A stretch of 28,139 nt of DNA from Candidatus Baldrarchaeota archaeon (GTDB lineage Archaea; Asgardarchaeota; Baldrarchaeia; Baldrarchaeales; DXJG01), in NCBI GenBank assembly GCA_019056805.1, contig DXJG01000017.1, positions 1 to 28,139 of the forward strand, written 5' to 3'. The position numbers and the translations under genes were made by a program. The notes below the pieces were generated by a model that was not told the DNA's origin, made no database searches, and saw only the letters and a program-made list of their open reading frames with translations. How positions within the stretch are numbered: position 1 is the first letter of the stretch; each line of letters starts with the position of its first letter. This document shows, piece by piece, positions 27,472 through 28,139 of the stretch.

Positions 27472-27846
27472 ATTAAGTTTAAGTATTCTAGGGAGATGAA
27501 TGGCAGGCTGCATAGGTGGAGTTTCCGCAAATTCCAGTTCATCATAGAATATAAGGCTAAGTTGAATGGAGTTCCTATAATTTATGTTGATGCTAAAGGT
27601 ACTTCCACTTACTGCCCGATATGTGGGGCAAAACTAAGCCCGAATGGGCACAGAACATTAAAATGTAAAAAATGCAGATTAATCGCTGATAGAGACATTA
27701 TAGGCACTTGGAACATTAGGTTAAGAGGTTTAAAGCAGATAGATGTGGGGAGCCCCGTTCCCCCCGAAAGCCCGTCGATGAACCCTGAGACGGGAAGACT
27801 CTCCGCTACAAATATATCAAAAGTTATAAAAGTAACGGAGAGTTAG
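27472..27846 (+). pseudogene. tnpB: 5'-truncated TnpB of an IS200/IS605- or IS607-type element
   Basis: KYSREMNGRLHRWSFRKFQFIIEYKAK, VDAKGTSTYCPICG, CKKC and DRDIIGTWNI (Zn ribbon and RuvC-III). The N-terminal ~two thirds, including RuvC-I/II, and tnpA are absent. Confidence 0.92.
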
Positions 27847-27850
27847 AACG
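27745..27850 (+). ncRNA. Candidate omegaRNA/sotRNA scaffold at the IS right end
   Basis: GC-rich island with stems CCCGTC/GACGGG (27771-27794) and CTCTCCGCTAC/GTAACGGAGAG (27799-27842, 10/11 paired). Position at the tnpB 3' end matches known TnpB guide-RNA loci. Ends are not defined. Confidence 0.45.
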
Positions 27851-27957
27851 GTGTGAAACGTTTAGGTATTTTGTTTGAGTGTGTTTTGATGAGAATTGAT
27901 GTTGTTGTATAATTTCCATGTAAGTTGCTATGGTGATAAGTTTTGTTTTTAGTGATA

Positions 27958-28139
27958 GGTGTTGTGTTTAAGGTTTGTTTATGTGGTTTCTTTGCGGGTT
28001 TTTGCTGTTTTCTTTGAATTATGTGTTTTCTTCTTCATTAAAGATTTTATTTTTTCTTTTTCACTGTTGCTTAGGGTGTTGAAGTATCCTTTCCCTACGA
28101 TGTTTATTGTTAGATTCTTGAAGCTTCTTAGATTGAAGG
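27958..28139 (-). repeat. Right copy of the terminal inverted repeat (partner 1-182)
   Basis: Reverse complement matches 1-182 at 174/182 positions, in exact register with the window ends. Confidence 0.97.
27979..28137 (-). CDS. 3' end of the paralog of the gene at 3-161, entering from outside the window
   Basis: FNLRSFKNLTINIVGKGYFNTLSNSEKEKIKSLMKKKTHNSKKTAKTRKETT*. Confidence 0.6.
   Translation of the reverse strand, partial: FNLRSFKNLTINIVGKGYFNTLSNSEKEKIKSLMKKKTHNSKKTAKTRKETT

Noticed and set aside
1-28139. Borg-like or viral linear replicon interpretation of the terminal repeats and skew
   Set aside because: No polymerase, primase, capsid, terminase or integrase gene, and no long perfect tandem-repeat arrays. 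The repeats cut through a gene. It is retained only as a minor alternative in the first finding.

Overview
AT-rich archaeal DNA, probably from a TACK-group archaeon (GGTGA/GGAGG Shine-Dalgarno sites and gene style; taxonomy is inferred). The core (2763-25256, all on the minus strand) is a ~22.5 kb surface-glycan biosynthesis cluster. It holds a Wzx-type flippase, 5 GT4 and 3 GT2 glycosyltransferases (one Dol-P-sugar synthase-like, next to a small DPM2-like two-helix protein), 2 polytopic membrane proteins, 2 NPP/AlkP-superfamily enzymes, 2 atypical thymidylate-kinase-like P-loop proteins, a Pol-beta-fold nucleotidyltransferase and a SAM methyltransferase. Decayed remnants of a second methyltransferase, a polysaccharide deacetylase and a GT4 lie between these genes. 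The flanks look mobile or accessory: a frameshifted HTH-coil-Zn-ribbon gene, 8-nt tandem arrays, an RHH-PIN toxin-antitoxin pair, a coiled-coil repeat protein and a 5'-truncated tnpB. The first and last 182 bp of the window are a 174/182-identical inverted repeat, each carrying the 3' end of the same inward-pointing gene. Strand composition is mirror-symmetric: A/C-rich on the left, balanced in the middle, G/T-rich on the right. No rRNA, tRNA or CRISPR array was seen. All family assignments come from motif recognition by eye, not database searches.
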